A DNA stretch of 64,000 nucleotides from Minisyncoccia bacterium (GCA_044228445.1 JBGAUV010000001.1:15827-79826), one strand, 5' to 3'; counted from the stretch's first letter, positions 1 to 10,253 are shown. Numbers and translations: made by a program. Notes: generated by a model not told the origin, from the letters alone.

Positions 1-144
1 CTTTTCAATGGCATCATGGTATCCACTATTCAGAGCCTGGTATCTCCCCGATTGAGTTACCAAGTCAATAAAACTGTACGGGAAAATCATACTTCCTCCT
101 ATTTTTTCTATTGTTATGCGTGCAATTAATTCACCGAAAAACAT
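1..144 (-). CDS. partial hypothetical protein (runs off window start)
   Basis: Open frame from ATG at 144 (MFFGELIARITIEKIGGS...) to the window edge with no stop; no family recognised. Confidence 0.45.
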   Translation of the reverse strand, partial: MFFGELIARITIEKIGGSMIFPYSFIDLVTQSGRYQALNSGYHDAIEK

Positions 145-194
145 ACCATTTTAGTAAGATTTAGTCAAAAACTTTATTATTATTCTCTGGTATA

Positions 195-1283
195 ATGAAT
201 ATACATATGGAAGATAAAAAATACACTCTTTACACCTCAAATGAAGAAGTATGGAAATCTATTCTTGAGGATTGTAGTAAAGCTGAAAAGAGCATTGATC
301 TTGAACAGTTTATTTTTATTAATGATGAATTCGGAAAAAAGCTTATAGATATTTGCAAAGAAAGAGCTGATAAAGGTGTGAGAGTTAGATTCCTTTGGGA
401 TGCTGGTGGAAGTTTTTCTTTTTCTGGATCTAGTATTATTCAAGAATTAAAAGAAAAGAAAATCGAGCTTATGTTTTGGAAAACTCTTATTCCAAACTAT
501 TTTAATATACCTGACTATAGAGCTTGGTTTTTGAGAAATCACAGAAGAACGATTGTTATAGATAAAAAGATTGGATATACAGGAAGTATATGTATTGAAA
601 CAAAGTTAAAGAATTGGAGAGATACAAATGTAAGATTGCAAGGTTTGGTAGTAAAAGAAATGGCTCAAGCATTCAATAGAATGTGGATGAGAGCGAGAAG
701 ACAAACTCCCCTACCTCCATACATGGACCCAAAGGATCCAGAATTTAACTATGTTACAAATAACCCAACTCCAGGAAGAAGGTATATGTATTCTGCTTTA
801 CTTGAAGCAATTAGAAATGCTAGATCTTATATTTATATAACTACACCATATTTTGCACCAACAGCGAGATTGGCTAGAGTAATAAAACTTGCTGCACATA
901 GAAAAGTCGACGTAAGGATATTAATACCAGAAAAATCAGATCATTTTATAGTTGATCTTGGTGCTAGATCATATTTTGATACTTTACTCAGATCTGGAGT
1001 TAGAATATTTTTATATTCTGGAAATATGATTCATAGTAAAGCTATTGTTATTGATGGTAAATGGGCTAGTGTAGGTACTCTAAACATGGATAGCGCTAGT
1101 CTTTTATACAACTTTGAAGCAAATATAGTTACGAGCAATAGTAAGTTTGCTGAAGAAATAGTCTCTCATTTTGTGCATGATACACAAGAATCAAGTGAAG
1201 TATTGCTTGATGAATGGAGAAAAAGATTTTTCTTAGAAAAGATACTGGAATTATTGATAAGGTTAATAAGGAAATTTCTATAG
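195..1283 (+). CDS. phospholipase D family, cardiolipin synthase-like (ClsB type, no N-terminal TM)
   Basis: Two PLD motifs (NHRRTIVID, HSKAIVID...GTLNMD), TPYF motif, LNFE-like YNFE. Confidence 0.85.
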   Translation: MNIHMEDKKYTLYTSNEEVWKSILEDCSKAEKSIDLEQFIFINDEFGKKLIDICKERADKGVRVRFLWDAGGSFSFSGSSIIQELKEKKIELMFWKTLIPNYFNIPDYRAWFLRNHRRTIVIDKKIGYTGSICIETKLKNWRDTNVRLQGLVVKEMAQAFNRMWMRARRQTPLPPYMDPKDPEFNYVTNNPTPGRRYMYSALLEAIRNARSYIYITTPYFAPTARLARVIKLAAHRKVDVRILIPEKSDHFIVDLGARSYFDTLLRSGVRIFLYSGNMIHSKAIVIDGKWASVGTLNMDSASLLYNFEANIVTSNSKFAEEIVSHFVHDTQESSEVLLDEWRKRFFLEKILELLIRLIRKFL

Positions 1284-1358
1284 CATATATTATATATATA
1301 ACTATAATTGCCAAAAAAGGCCTAATATGCTATAAATAAAGCTCAAATAAGACTCAAA

Positions 1359-1868
1359 TTGACTCCTAGAGTAAAAATAAATCATCAAATAAAAGCACCT
1401 GAACTAAGGGTTATAACAACCGATGGAGAAAACCTTGGGGTTATTTCTCTTACTCGCGCACTTGAAGAAGCAAAGCTTAGAAATCTAGACCTAATTGAAA
1501 TATCACCTACCGCCACTCCACCAGTTGCAAAAATCATGGATTATGGTAAATTTCAGTATGACGAAAAGAAGAAACAGAAGGTTGCAAAATCCCGCTCTGT
1601 TACGTCAGATCTCAAAAATATACAGGTAAAAATAGGTACAGGAGAGCACGATCTAGAGCTAAAAGCCAAGAAAGCATCAGAATGGCTAAAAGAAGGCAAT
1701 AGAGTGAAGATAGACCTATTTCTCGTTGGAAGATCAAAATACATGGACCAAAACTTCCTAAAGGAACGTATGGAGCGTATTCTAAAGCTCATTACGGTCG
1801 AGTATAAAATATCTAGCGAACCTACAAAGAGTCTTAAAGGCTTAACAGCAATAATTGAGAAAAAATAG
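1359..1868 (+). CDS. infC: translation initiation factor IF-3
   Basis: INHQI..ELRVI, PPVAKIMDYGKF; no in-frame ATG start (TTG 1359 or ATA 1347), as is typical of infC. Confidence 0.97.
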   Translation: MTPRVKINHQIKAPELRVITTDGENLGVISLTRALEEAKLRNLDLIEISPTATPPVAKIMDYGKFQYDEKKKQKVAKSRSVTSDLKNIQVKIGTGEHDLELKAKKASEWLKEGNRVKIDLFLVGRSKYMDQNFLKERMERILKLITVEYKISSEPTKSLKGLTAIIEKK

Positions 1869-1890
1869 CATAGCTATTAATTATAATTTT

Positions 1891-2079
1891 ATGAAATCAA
1901 ATAAATCATATTTAAAGAGACTAAAGATAACAAAGAACGGTAAGATTCTTGCTAGAAGAACTGGCCAAAACCATTTCAATTCAAAAGAAAGCAGACGTTC
2001 ACAACTAAAGAAGAAAAATTCTATGGTTCCTTTTCATATGACACCAAAGGAGAAGAGTCGCTTCCTAGTAAATGCATAA
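1891..2079 (+). CDS. rpmI: 50S ribosomal protein L35
   Basis: MKSNKSYLKRLKITKNGKI, located between infC and rplT; ATG at 1891. Confidence 0.93.
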   Translation: MKSNKSYLKRLKITKNGKILARRTGQNHFNSKESRRSQLKKKNSMVPFHMTPKEKSRFLVNA

Positions 2080-2105
2080 TAAGAATTTAATTTAATAAAA
2101 ATACC

Positions 2106-2456
2106 ATGGCAAGAGTAAAAAAGGGTGTAAATGCACTAAAAACAAGAAGAAATATATTAAGACAAGTAAAGGGTTATCGTTTCCGCAGAAGTAAAACAGA
2201 AAGAGCAGCTTATGAAGCTATTTCACATGCTGGTACTTATGCTTTTGCTCACAGAAGAGATAAAAAGGGTGATTATAGAAAACTATGGAATGTACGCATA
2301 AATGCTGCACTTAGAGCTATAAACCCAGAATATTCTTACAGCAAGTTTATAGGAGGTCTAAAGAAGAATAATATTGCTCTAGATAGAAAGTCACTTTCAA
2401 ATCTAGCAAATATTGCTCCAAAGGCTTTTGAAATGATAGCAAAGAAAGTAGCTTAA
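2106..2456 (+). CDS. rplT: 50S ribosomal protein L20
   Basis: MARVK...KLWNVRINAA...YSKFI..LDRKSL. Confidence 0.98.
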   Translation: MARVKKGVNALKTRRNILRQVKGYRFRRSKTERAAYEAISHAGTYAFAHRRDKKGDYRKLWNVRINAALRAINPEYSYSKFIGGLKKNNIALDRKSLSNLANIAPKAFEMIAKKVA

Positions 2457-2473
2457 TAATAAATAAGCTAAAC

Positions 2474-2506
2474 AAACAAAAACCACCTCTCGGTGGTTTT
2501 TGTTTT
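2474..2506. terminator. bidirectional intrinsic terminator
   Basis: AAACAAAAACCACC-TCTC-GGTGGTTTTTGTTT between convergent genes. Confidence 0.85.
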
Positions 2507-2514
2507 ATATTCAA

Positions 2515-3882
2515 TTATTCTAGTTCATATGTCTTTGCAACCTCGGGACAAACTGCTTGTATACCAAGTTCATCTTTTATTCTTTGACTTAAAAATGTAG
2601 AACTCTTAAACTCCCCCATTACCACAAAAGCCTTTTTTAGAGTATTTTGTGCAGTATTAACAAACTCTACAAGATGATCACTATCTTTATGTGATGAATA
2701 ACCAAGTATTGAATCTATATGAGCTTTTACTTTTATAGTGTCATGACCTATCTTTATTTTTTTATCTCCATCAAGTAAATGTCTTCCTATAGTTCCAAGA
2801 GTCTGATAACCAACTAGAAGTATAGTACTGTTTGGATCAGGTAAATATATTTCTTCATGTCTTATAACTCTACCGCCAACTGACATACCAGAACCAGCTA
2901 TTATGATCTTCGGACCGGGTACTCTTTCTAAACTTCTTGATTCTTCTGAGCCGTGAGTATATATAAGTTTTGGGAAAGAAAAGATATCATCACCATCATT
3001 TATTTGTTTTCTAGTATTTTCATTAAAATTTTCTTCACCTCTTTTATACACTTCTGTTATTCTAGTTGCCAAAGGAGAATCCACATAAACTGGAATACTA
3101 GGTATTTCTCTATTTTCAATAAGGTTATTCATTTCATAAATCAAAACTTGTGTTCTTTCTAAAGAAAAAGCGGGTATAACTAGTGTACCTTTTTTATGAA
3201 TAGTATCATTTATTGTTTGTTTTAATTTTTCAATTCTTTCTGATTTTGGTTCATGATTTCTATCACCATAAACACTTTCCATAACCACATAATCAGCACC
3301 TTGTATTGATTCAGTATCACGTAAAAGTGGACTAGGTGAATTACCCAAATCTCCAGTAAATACAACCTTTCTGTCTTGACCATTCTTTTTATATTTAAAT
3401 TCAAACATACTTGCTCCAAGTATATGTCCTGAATCTTTTAAATAGACACTAAAATCTCCAAAATTATGATCAGTATGATATCCTATAGTTTTCCAATTAT
3501 TAAAGGATTTTCTCATATCTGATTCACTGTATAGAGGTTCAAGTCCTTGTTCATTTGCATTCTTTTGTAATATCATAACCGCATCCTCAAGTATCAATTC
3601 AGCAAGTGCTTTTGTTTCATTTGTAGAATAAATTTCTCCAACAAAACCCTCTTTTATTAACTTTGGAATTCTTCCAACATGATCAAGATGAGCATGTGTA
3701 ACAAAAAGCATATCAATAGTCTTTGGATCATAACCAAATGGCAATCTATTATCCTCCATTGCTTCTCTTTCACCTTGAACCAAACCACAATCAACTAGCA
3801 TTCTCTTATTACCAAGTTCAAATAGAAAGTTAGCTCCTGTAACACTACCAACTCCCGTATAAAAAGTTATTTTTGAATTCAT
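2515..3882 (-). CDS. MBL-fold beta-CASP RNA-metabolising metallo-hydrolase
   Basis: THAHLDHVG, GHILGA, GDLG, MESVYG, AGSGM, YSSHKD motifs. Confidence 0.92.
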   Translation of the reverse strand: MNSKITFYTGVGSVTGANFLFELGNKRMLVDCGLVQGEREAMEDNRLPFGYDPKTIDMLFVTHAHLDHVGRIPKLIKEGFVGEIYSTNETKALAELILEDAVMILQKNANEQGLEPLYSESDMRKSFNNWKTIGYHTDHNFGDFSVYLKDSGHILGASMFEFKYKKNGQDRKVVFTGDLGNSPSPLLRDTESIQGADYVVMESVYGDRNHEPKSERIEKLKQTINDTIHKKGTLVIPAFSLERTQVLIYEMNNLIENREIPSIPVYVDSPLATRITEVYKRGEENFNENTRKQINDGDDIFSFPKLIYTHGSEESRSLERVPGPKIIIAGSGMSVGGRVIRHEEIYLPDPNSTILLVGYQTLGTIGRHLLDGDKKIKIGHDTIKVKAHIDSILGYSSHKDSDHLVEFVNTAQNTLKKAFVVMGEFKSSTFLSQRIKDELGIQAVCPEVAKTYELE

Positions 3883-4262
3883 TTTTTAATTTTATTAAGA
3901 AAAAACAGAGAAATAAAAGCACCTATAGTGTCATCGATCAAATCCTTAACAGTATCAAAATAATAAGCTCCTGAACCAACTGGAGCACTAGCAATATCAT
4001 AATAGGCCTCAATTCCTTCCCATAATAGACCCGCTATAAAAGTAAAAATTACAACATATATAAATATAGTTTTATTTGTACTCTTTTTTGATACTGTCTT
4101 AAGAAACCAAAACACAGAGAGACCAATTCCTATACCACCTAATATATGCATCATAATGTCATACCACCATATATTGTTATAAAAACCATACTCTGAACCT
4201 AATATATGAAGTACAAATACAAGCAACAGAACAAGAATCGCGGGTATATATGTTTTATTCAT
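3879..4262 (-). CDS. small integral membrane protein (DUF2238/VanZ-like)
   Basis: Four hydrophobic segments; WYDIMMHILGG, LWEGIE and DTVKDL motifs; likely start MNKTY at 4262. Confidence 0.7.
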   Translation of the reverse strand: MNKTYIPAILVLLLVFVLHILGSEYGFYNNIWWYDIMMHILGGIGIGLSVFWFLKTVSKKSTNKTIFIYVVIFTFIAGLLWEGIEAYYDIASAPVGSGAYYFDTVKDLIDDTIGAFISLFFLNKIKK

Positions 4263-4282
4263 AAAGACTATTATACACAAAA

Positions 4283-4440
4283 ATAAAAACACCTGCCCCT
4301 TTTGAAGCAGATGATTTTATTAGGCTACTGGAGTATTAGACCTAGTTAGACTAGGTGGGTGTCCTCAGACAATACACCACGGTGTATGACAATTTGAACT
4401 CCCAAAATATAAGTTAAGGATTAATACTCCCGTAACCTAT
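4283..4440 (-). ncRNA. candidate ~120-nt structured RNA plus terminator
   Basis: Promoter TTGTAT(4472)..TATAAT(4450-4445); ~18-bp closing stem pairing 4439-4422 with 4338-4321, enclosing 3-4 hairpins; terminator CATCTGCTTC-AAAA-GGGGCAGGTG-TTTTT. Confidence 0.6.
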
Positions 4441-4493
4441 AGTCATTATAAAACTTAAAAAATAGAATACAATAGACGAAGTGGATAAACTGT

Positions 4494-5105
4494 TTATTCT
4501 TTTTTACCATCCATATTTACATCATATAAAATTCTTTCATTCATATGAATATAATCAAAAATCTCTCCATCTTTAAACCAATGTTTAATTTCATTTTCAG
4601 CTTCTTTTACTGAACTTGAAGCATGAACTACATTTCTAACTGCTCTATTTGCATCATCAGCTAGTTTATAAGAATCCAAAACAAAATCACCTCTAATAGT
4701 TCCTACATCAGATACTAAAGGTTCTGTACTACCTACTATTTTTCTAACTATAGCAACAGAATGAGCTCCTTCAAGAACAAAAGCTATTATTGGACCACTA
4801 GTTAAATATTTCTTTAATTTCGAAAGTATTATCTCTGTAACTTTAAGTGGTTCGCCTTTTAATGGGTGAATCATTCCTTTTTCTTCATATGCTTTTATAT
4901 TTTTCTCTCCAGTTATTCTTCTCCATTCTGGATCAAGTGTATAGTGTTGTTCAATCAATTCATCACTAGCAATCATCATTTTCATACCAACTATTTTTAA
5001 ACCCACTTTTTCAAAACGACCAATTACCTCACCTACAAGTGACCTCTGTACTCCATCCGGTTTTATAATTACTAGTGTTCTTTCCTTTTTTGGGTGTAAT
5101 GTCAT
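4494..5105 (-). CDS. ndk: nucleoside diphosphate kinase
   Basis: ERTLVIIKPDGVQR, GTIRGDF, RNVVHAS. Confidence 0.95.
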   Translation of the reverse strand: MTLHPKKERTLVIIKPDGVQRSLVGEVIGRFEKVGLKIVGMKMMIASDELIEQHYTLDPEWRRITGEKNIKAYEEKGMIHPLKGEPLKVTEIILSKLKKYLTSGPIIAFVLEGAHSVAIVRKIVGSTEPLVSDVGTIRGDFVLDSYKLADDANRAVRNVVHASSSVKEAENEIKHWFKDGEIFDYIHMNERILYDVNMDGKKE

Positions 5106-5112
5106 ATATAAG

Positions 5113-5880
5113 TTATATGGTTAATATTTCCGGCTCTCCTTTTGTAATGACTACTGTATGCTCAAAATGTGCACTTACACTGCCATCTTTTGTTCTATAT
5201 GTGTAACCATCCTTATCTAAAACCACATGTCTACTACCTAGATTAAACATAGGTTCAATTGCCAAAACCATACCTGGAACCAATCTTTCCCCAGTTCCAG
5301 GTTCACCGTAGTTTGGTATTGCAGGATCTTCATGGACAGAATATCCAACGCCATGACCACAAAGTTCTTCAACTATTCCATAACCACCCATAATTCCAAC
5401 TTTCTCTATACTTGAACTTATATCACCTACCCTTTTACCTCCTTTACCAGATTTTATACCAGCCATTAAAGCCTTTTTTGTAATCTCTAGTAAAAGCAAT
5501 TTATCAGTGGAAACATTACCTACAGGAACAGTTACTGCCATATCAGTTACTAGGCCCTTATGAGTTAAAGCAAAATCTAAACTAACTATATCTCCATCTT
5601 TTAAAATTCTTGGATTCTCATTTGGTATACCATGAACAATTTCATCATTTACTGATATACATGTTGAAGCTGGATAAGCTCTATGCGCACCTCTTGGAGT
5701 AAAGTTCAAAATCGATGGTTCATCACCACCCTCAATTATCATATTATGAGCAAATTTATCTAGAGCTTCAGTTGAAACACCTGGAGTAATGAGATTAATT
5801 AATTGTCTCATTATTTCAGCATGCCTTTTACCTCCCTCTCTTAAAATAGCTATTTCTTCTTTTGTCTTTATACTTACCAT
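5113..5880 (-). CDS. map: methionine aminopeptidase type I
   Basis: SVNDEIVHGIP, GHGVG..VHEDP, AIEPM, SAHFEHT. Confidence 0.97.
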   Translation of the reverse strand: MVSIKTKEEIAILREGGKRHAEIMRQLINLITPGVSTEALDKFAHNMIIEGGDEPSILNFTPRGAHRAYPASTCISVNDEIVHGIPNENPRILKDGDIVSLDFALTHKGLVTDMAVTVPVGNVSTDKLLLLEITKKALMAGIKSGKGGKRVGDISSSIEKVGIMGGYGIVEELCGHGVGYSVHEDPAIPNYGEPGTGERLVPGMVLAIEPMFNLGSRHVVLDKDGYTYRTKDGSVSAHFEHTVVITKGEPEILTI

Positions 5881-5884
5881 TAAA

Positions 5885-6484
5885 TTATAAAAGTTTTGAT
5901 TTTTCTATTATTTCTCTGTGTATTTCATCGATAGATTTTTCTCCATTTATAGATATAAAGTTATAATCACTATTAGTTCTATAATAATCTACTGCAGGTA
6001 CTACATCGCTATAATAAAAGTCCAATCTCTCATTTATATCATCGACATTATCATCAAATCGCTTTCTAGCCAAGAGCCTCTTCATTGCCTCTTCTCTAGT
6101 TATATCTATAAATATAACATTCGGTTTTTCAAGTTTATAGAATTTAAAAACGGTATCCATAACTAATGCTTCTCTATATGTTCTAGGAGAACCATCCATT
6201 ATTAGGTGACCATCTGGGGTAAAGTGTTTTATTAATTCATGGGACCAGATATGTATTGCTAAAAAAGAAGGTAAAATACGTCCAGCATCGTATATATTTT
6301 TCGCTAGCCTTTGTGTATAACTATCTCCTTTTATAAAATCTCTGAAAAGTCCCCCACTTTGAATATTGAGTATATTATTCTCTTTATTTAAACTGTATAA
6401 ATAATTTTCTAATAATCCTATCTGTGTACCTTTTCCGCAACCAGAAATTCCAATAAATATAAAAGATTTTTGTGGCATATTCAT
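5885..6484 (-). CDS. adk: adenylate kinase (short form, no LID)
   Basis: GISGCGKGTQ, DGSPRT, R.DD; located after secY. Confidence 0.9.
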   Translation of the reverse strand: MNMPQKSFIFIGISGCGKGTQIGLLENYLYSLNKENNILNIQSGGLFRDFIKGDSYTQRLAKNIYDAGRILPSFLAIHIWSHELIKHFTPDGHLIMDGSPRTYREALVMDTVFKFYKLEKPNVIFIDITREEAMKRLLARKRFDDNVDDINERLDFYYSDVVPAVDYYRTNSDYNFISINGEKSIDEIHREIIEKSKLL

Positions 6485-6517
6485 ATGCCTATATTATATC
6501 TTTATTTTATTAAAATC

Positions 6518-7792
6518 CTAATACTCTCTTATACTTGCTTGAGCGTCTATCTTCTTTAATAGATCTAGAACTACTGACACTACGATAAGTAATGCTGTAC
6601 CTCCAATTGCCAAAGATTGATTACCACTGAATGATTGCATTATAACAGGTAGAACTGCTATGAAACCCAAGAATAGCGCACCTACTAGTGTTATACGAGT
6701 AACTATCTTTCCAAGATAATTTTGAGTTGATTCACCTGGACGAACTCCCGGTATGAATGCTCCACCCTTTTGTAGATTTTCAGATATCATCTTTGGATCA
6801 AAGGTAACTGCTGTGTAGAAATATGTAAATATAAATACCAAGAAGAAATACATAATTCCATGGGCTGTTGTATTTGCCAAGAAATCAGAAATTGTTGTTG
6901 CTATACTTGATACTGTTACATTGGATACGCTTGAAAAATACTTTGCTATCATCTGTGGGAATAGAAGTATAGATAGAGCAAATATAATTGGAATAACACC
7001 AGCTTGATTTAGACGAAGTGGAAGATATGTTGATGTACCTCCATAAACCTTATTTCCTCTAACTTGTTTTGCATATGTAACAGAAACCGGTCTTTCTGCT
7101 TCAGTTATAACCACCACAGACAATACTACTAGAATAGATATAATAGCGAATATTAAATAGAATGGGATTTGTGCTGAATCAAAACCTGCGAAGAATTGCA
7201 TAATCTTTGTTGGTAAAACCGCAATAATACCAGCGAATATTATAAGTGACACTCCATTACCTATTCCAAATTCTGAAACAATTTCTCCAAGCCACATTAG
7301 GAATACTGATCCTGCTGTAATAACCGCCAAGTTCACAATCATATCCATACTTGTCATTGAACCTGATATAACACCTTGTGTCTTTAGTAGAGAGAGGAAA
7401 GCAAAACCTTGTAGTAAAGCTAGAGGTACTGACAATAGTCTTGAATAATTTGAAAGCTTTTGTCTACCTAGATCTCCTTCTTCTTGCATCATAGCTTTCA
7501 TACTTGGGAACATCATTGTAAAAAGCTGTATGATAATTGAAGCTGTTATATACGGACCAACTCCAAGCATAACTATAGATAATCTAGATATTCCTCCTCC
7601 AGAAAATACATCTAGAAGACCGAAGAATTGATTTGTAGCTAATAATCTTTCCAAACTAGGTATATCTATACCTGGTATAGGAATTGTTGAAAGTAATCTA
7701 AATATTACCAATGCACCTAGTGTAAATAGGATGCGCTTTCTCATCATAGGGTCCTTTAATACTGTAGAAATTTTTTGAAAAAATGTATTCAT
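6518..7792 (-). CDS. secY: preprotein translocase SecY
   Basis: LGVGPYITASII, GIGNGVSLIIF, FIPGVRPG, GGTALLIVV. Confidence 0.98.
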   Translation of the reverse strand: MNTFFQKISTVLKDPMMRKRILFTLGALVIFRLLSTIPIPGIDIPSLERLLATNQFFGLLDVFSGGGISRLSIVMLGVGPYITASIIIQLFTMMFPSMKAMMQEEGDLGRQKLSNYSRLLSVPLALLQGFAFLSLLKTQGVISGSMTSMDMIVNLAVITAGSVFLMWLGEIVSEFGIGNGVSLIIFAGIIAVLPTKIMQFFAGFDSAQIPFYLIFAIISILVVLSVVVITEAERPVSVTYAKQVRGNKVYGGTSTYLPLRLNQAGVIPIIFALSILLFPQMIAKYFSSVSNVTVSSIATTISDFLANTTAHGIMYFFLVFIFTYFYTAVTFDPKMISENLQKGGAFIPGVRPGESTQNYLGKIVTRITLVGALFLGFIAVLPVIMQSFSGNQSLAIGGTALLIVVSVVLDLLKKIDAQASIREY

Positions 7793-7846
7793 ATATTTTT
7801 ATACTCTAACTATACCAAATTGAATACAATTGGCTACTTTAGAGTG

Positions 7847-8290
7847 TTATTTTGAAACACTGCCACCTACCTTTTCTATCTTTGTTTTTGCTGATGCTGA
7901 GATCACACAATTTTCAAAACTTAGCTTTTTTGTTATTTCTCCTGTTGCTAGGATTTTTATACTTGGGATTTTACCATTGAATGTGTTCACTATACCCGCT
8001 TCAACTAGAGTCTTTGGATTAACAATTGAACCATTTTGGAATTTTGCTTCAATATCACTAAGATTTACTGGCACAACAAAAGTGCTTATAGATTTATTTG
8101 AATTAACACCACGACCACGAAGCTTTGGAATTCTCTTTATGAAATCTCTCAATTCAGGACGGCGTTTATTACCTGCTCTTGCTGTTTGTCCTTTTCCTCC
8201 ACGACCTGAAGTCTTTCCACGCTTTCCACCACGACCAACAATCATGGTCTTTGTGTTTTTTGTTTTTGGTATAAGTGTATGTATTTGCAT
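7847..8290 (-). CDS. rplO: 50S ribosomal protein L15
   Basis: VGRGGKRGKTSGRGGKGQTARAG. Confidence 0.97.
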   Translation of the reverse strand: MQIHTLIPKTKNTKTMIVGRGGKRGKTSGRGGKGQTARAGNKRRPELRDFIKRIPKLRGRGVNSNKSISTFVVPVNLSDIEAKFQNGSIVNPKTLVEAGIVNTFNGKIPSIKILATGEITKKLSFENCVISASAKTKIEKVGGSVSK

Positions 8291-8305
8291 GGTATTTTAT
8301 TAAAT

Positions 8306-8941
8306 TTATTTATCGTTTGGTGACTTTGTCATCTTTGTACCTGGGTTTTTTGAAAGCATACTTAGTGCCTTTATTGTTGCACGAGCAATGTTTAATTTGT
8401 TTTTACTTCCAGAAAGAAGTTTTACACAAATATCCTTTACTCCTCCAAGTTCAATTACATTTCTTGCTGAGCTTCCCGCTACAACTCCACGACCCTTTGC
8501 TGGCATCATCATAACTATTGCACTTGAATATTTTGCTTGAATAGCGTGAGGAATAGTCATAGAACTTGAAAGAGGAATTCTTATCATATTCTTTTTTGCA
8601 TCACGAGTAGCTTTATCAATAGCCATTGATGTATCTCCAGACTTTCCAAGTCCAACACCAACTCTACCCTTCTTATCTCCTGAAACTACTGCAACTGAGA
8701 ATGTAAATCTTCTACCTCCGGAAACAACACGAGTAACACGTCTGATATTTATTATCTTTGTATCAAATTCTGGCTTTATTCTTTCCTTTTGTTCACGTGG
8801 TGGTCTTCCTCCGTCTTTTCTATTACCTCTTGGCTTCTTATCAAAAGATCTTGCATCTGTAGGTGCAACTGAAGAAGAAATAGGAGTATTTGGCTTTACT
8901 TCTGTATTTACTGTATTTGTTTGTTTTATTTCTTGTTCCAT
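8306..8941 (-). CDS. rpsE: 30S ribosomal protein S5
   Basis: RVTRVVSGGRRFTF, GRVGVGLGK. Confidence 0.97.
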   Translation of the reverse strand: MEQEIKQTNTVNTEVKPNTPISSSVAPTDARSFDKKPRGNRKDGGRPPREQKERIKPEFDTKIINIRRVTRVVSGGRRFTFSVAVVSGDKKGRVGVGLGKSGDTSMAIDKATRDAKKNMIRIPLSSSMTIPHAIQAKYSSAIVMMMPAKGRGVVAGSSARNVIELGGVKDICVKLLSGSKNKLNIARATIKALSMLSKNPGTKMTKSPNDK

Positions 8942-8946
8942 TTTAT

Positions 8947-9297
8947 TTAAAATATTAGACCACCTTCTCTAGCTCCATCTGCTACAGACTTTATTTTACC
9001 TGTATATAGATAGCCTCCGCGATCAAATACTACCTTTGTAATATTATTTGCTTTTGCTTTCTTTGCAAGTTCTTTTCCTACTTCAAAAGCTTTTTCTGCT
9101 GGAGTCTTTGCTTTTCCATCTTTTGATGAAAAAGATACTAGAGTATGACCTTTTGTATCATCTATTATTTGAGCTGATATATATTTGTGAGATTTGAAAA
9201 CTGAAAGACGTGGTCTATCTGAAGTACCAGAAAGAATAGAGCGAATTCTCTTATGACGTCTTGCTATTTTTAGTTGTTTTTGTTTGCTTGTATTCAT
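8947..9297 (-). CDS. rplR: 50S ribosomal protein L18
   Basis: RPRLSVFKS, VVFDRGGYLYTG. Confidence 0.98.
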   Translation of the reverse strand: MNTSKQKQLKIARRHKRIRSILSGTSDRPRLSVFKSHKYISAQIIDDTKGHTLVSFSSKDGKAKTPAEKAFEVGKELAKKAKANNITKVVFDRGGYLYTGKIKSVADGAREGGLIF

Positions 9298-9310
9298 ATT
9301 ATTTTCTTAA

Positions 9311-9844
9311 CTAAGCAGCCTTCTTACCTTGCTTACGTCTTATAACTTCTTTTTCATATCTTATACCCTTACCCTTATATGGTTCAGGCTTTTTCATTGA
9401 TCTTATCTTTGCTGCAAATTGACCAACAACTTCACAGTCTATTCCGGAAATAGTAACTATGTTTTTTTCTGCTGTTACCTTTAGACCATTTGGAATTGTA
9501 ACTTTAATTGGGTGTGAAAATCCTAAAGCGAGATTCAATTCACTTCCTTTAACATCAGATTTAAATCCAATACCTTCAATTATAAGTTTCTTTTCATAGA
9601 ACTTATTTACACCTGACATCATATTTTTTATATGTGAAGCATATGTTCCTAAAAGAGCCTTTGTCTGAATAGAATTATTTGCTGGAGAAAGGTTGACTGT
9701 ATTATTTTCAATTACAATATTTACATCGGGACGGAAATCCTTCTTCAATTCTCCTAATGGACCTTTTGCAGAAAATACTCCACCTGTATATGAAACAGTT
9801 GTCTTTTCTGGAATTGTTATTGGTTTTTTTGCTAGACGTGACAT
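9311..9844 (-). CDS. rplF: 50S ribosomal protein L6
   Basis: MSRLAKKPI, LGFSHP, PEPYKGKGIRY. Confidence 0.98.
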   Translation of the reverse strand: MSRLAKKPITIPEKTTVSYTGGVFSAKGPLGELKKDFRPDVNIVIENNTVNLSPANNSIQTKALLGTYASHIKNMMSGVNKFYEKKLIIEGIGFKSDVKGSELNLALGFSHPIKVTIPNGLKVTAEKNIVTISGIDCEVVGQFAAKIRSMKKPEPYKGKGIRYEKEVIRRKQGKKAA

Positions 9845-9860
9845 GTTTTTATTTTAATTA

Positions 9861-10253
9861 TTACCAGATCTTAAATAGAACTTCTCCTCCGACCTTTCTA
9901 TTTTTTGCATCAATATCTAGAAGTATTCCTTCTGGAGTTGAAAAAACAGTATTTCCATAACCACTCTTAAATATTCTTATATCTTTTGATTTTTGATATA
10001 TTCTTCTTGAAGGCTTTGAAACACGAGCAACATCATTTACTCTTGGCATATTTCCTACATATGAAAGTCCTATTTCAAGTGTCTTCTCTACTTTCTTTCC
10101 TTTTACTTCAACACTTGTAATATATCCTGCTTTTAATAGAACATGGGCAATTGATTCTTTTAGAGCTGAATAAGGTAGTGAAATACTTGCCTTACCTGCT
10201 TTATTGGCATTCTTTATTGAAATTATTAAATTTGCGATTGGGTCTGTTACCAT
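9861..10253 (-). CDS. rpsH: 30S ribosomal protein S8
   Basis: TDPIANL, SKPSRRIY, GGEVL. Confidence 0.98.
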   Translation of the reverse strand: MVTDPIANLIISIKNANKAGKASISLPYSALKESIAHVLLKAGYITSVEVKGKKVEKTLEIGLSYVGNMPRVNDVARVSKPSRRIYQKSKDIRIFKSGYGNTVFSTPEGILLDIDAKNRKVGGEVLFKIW

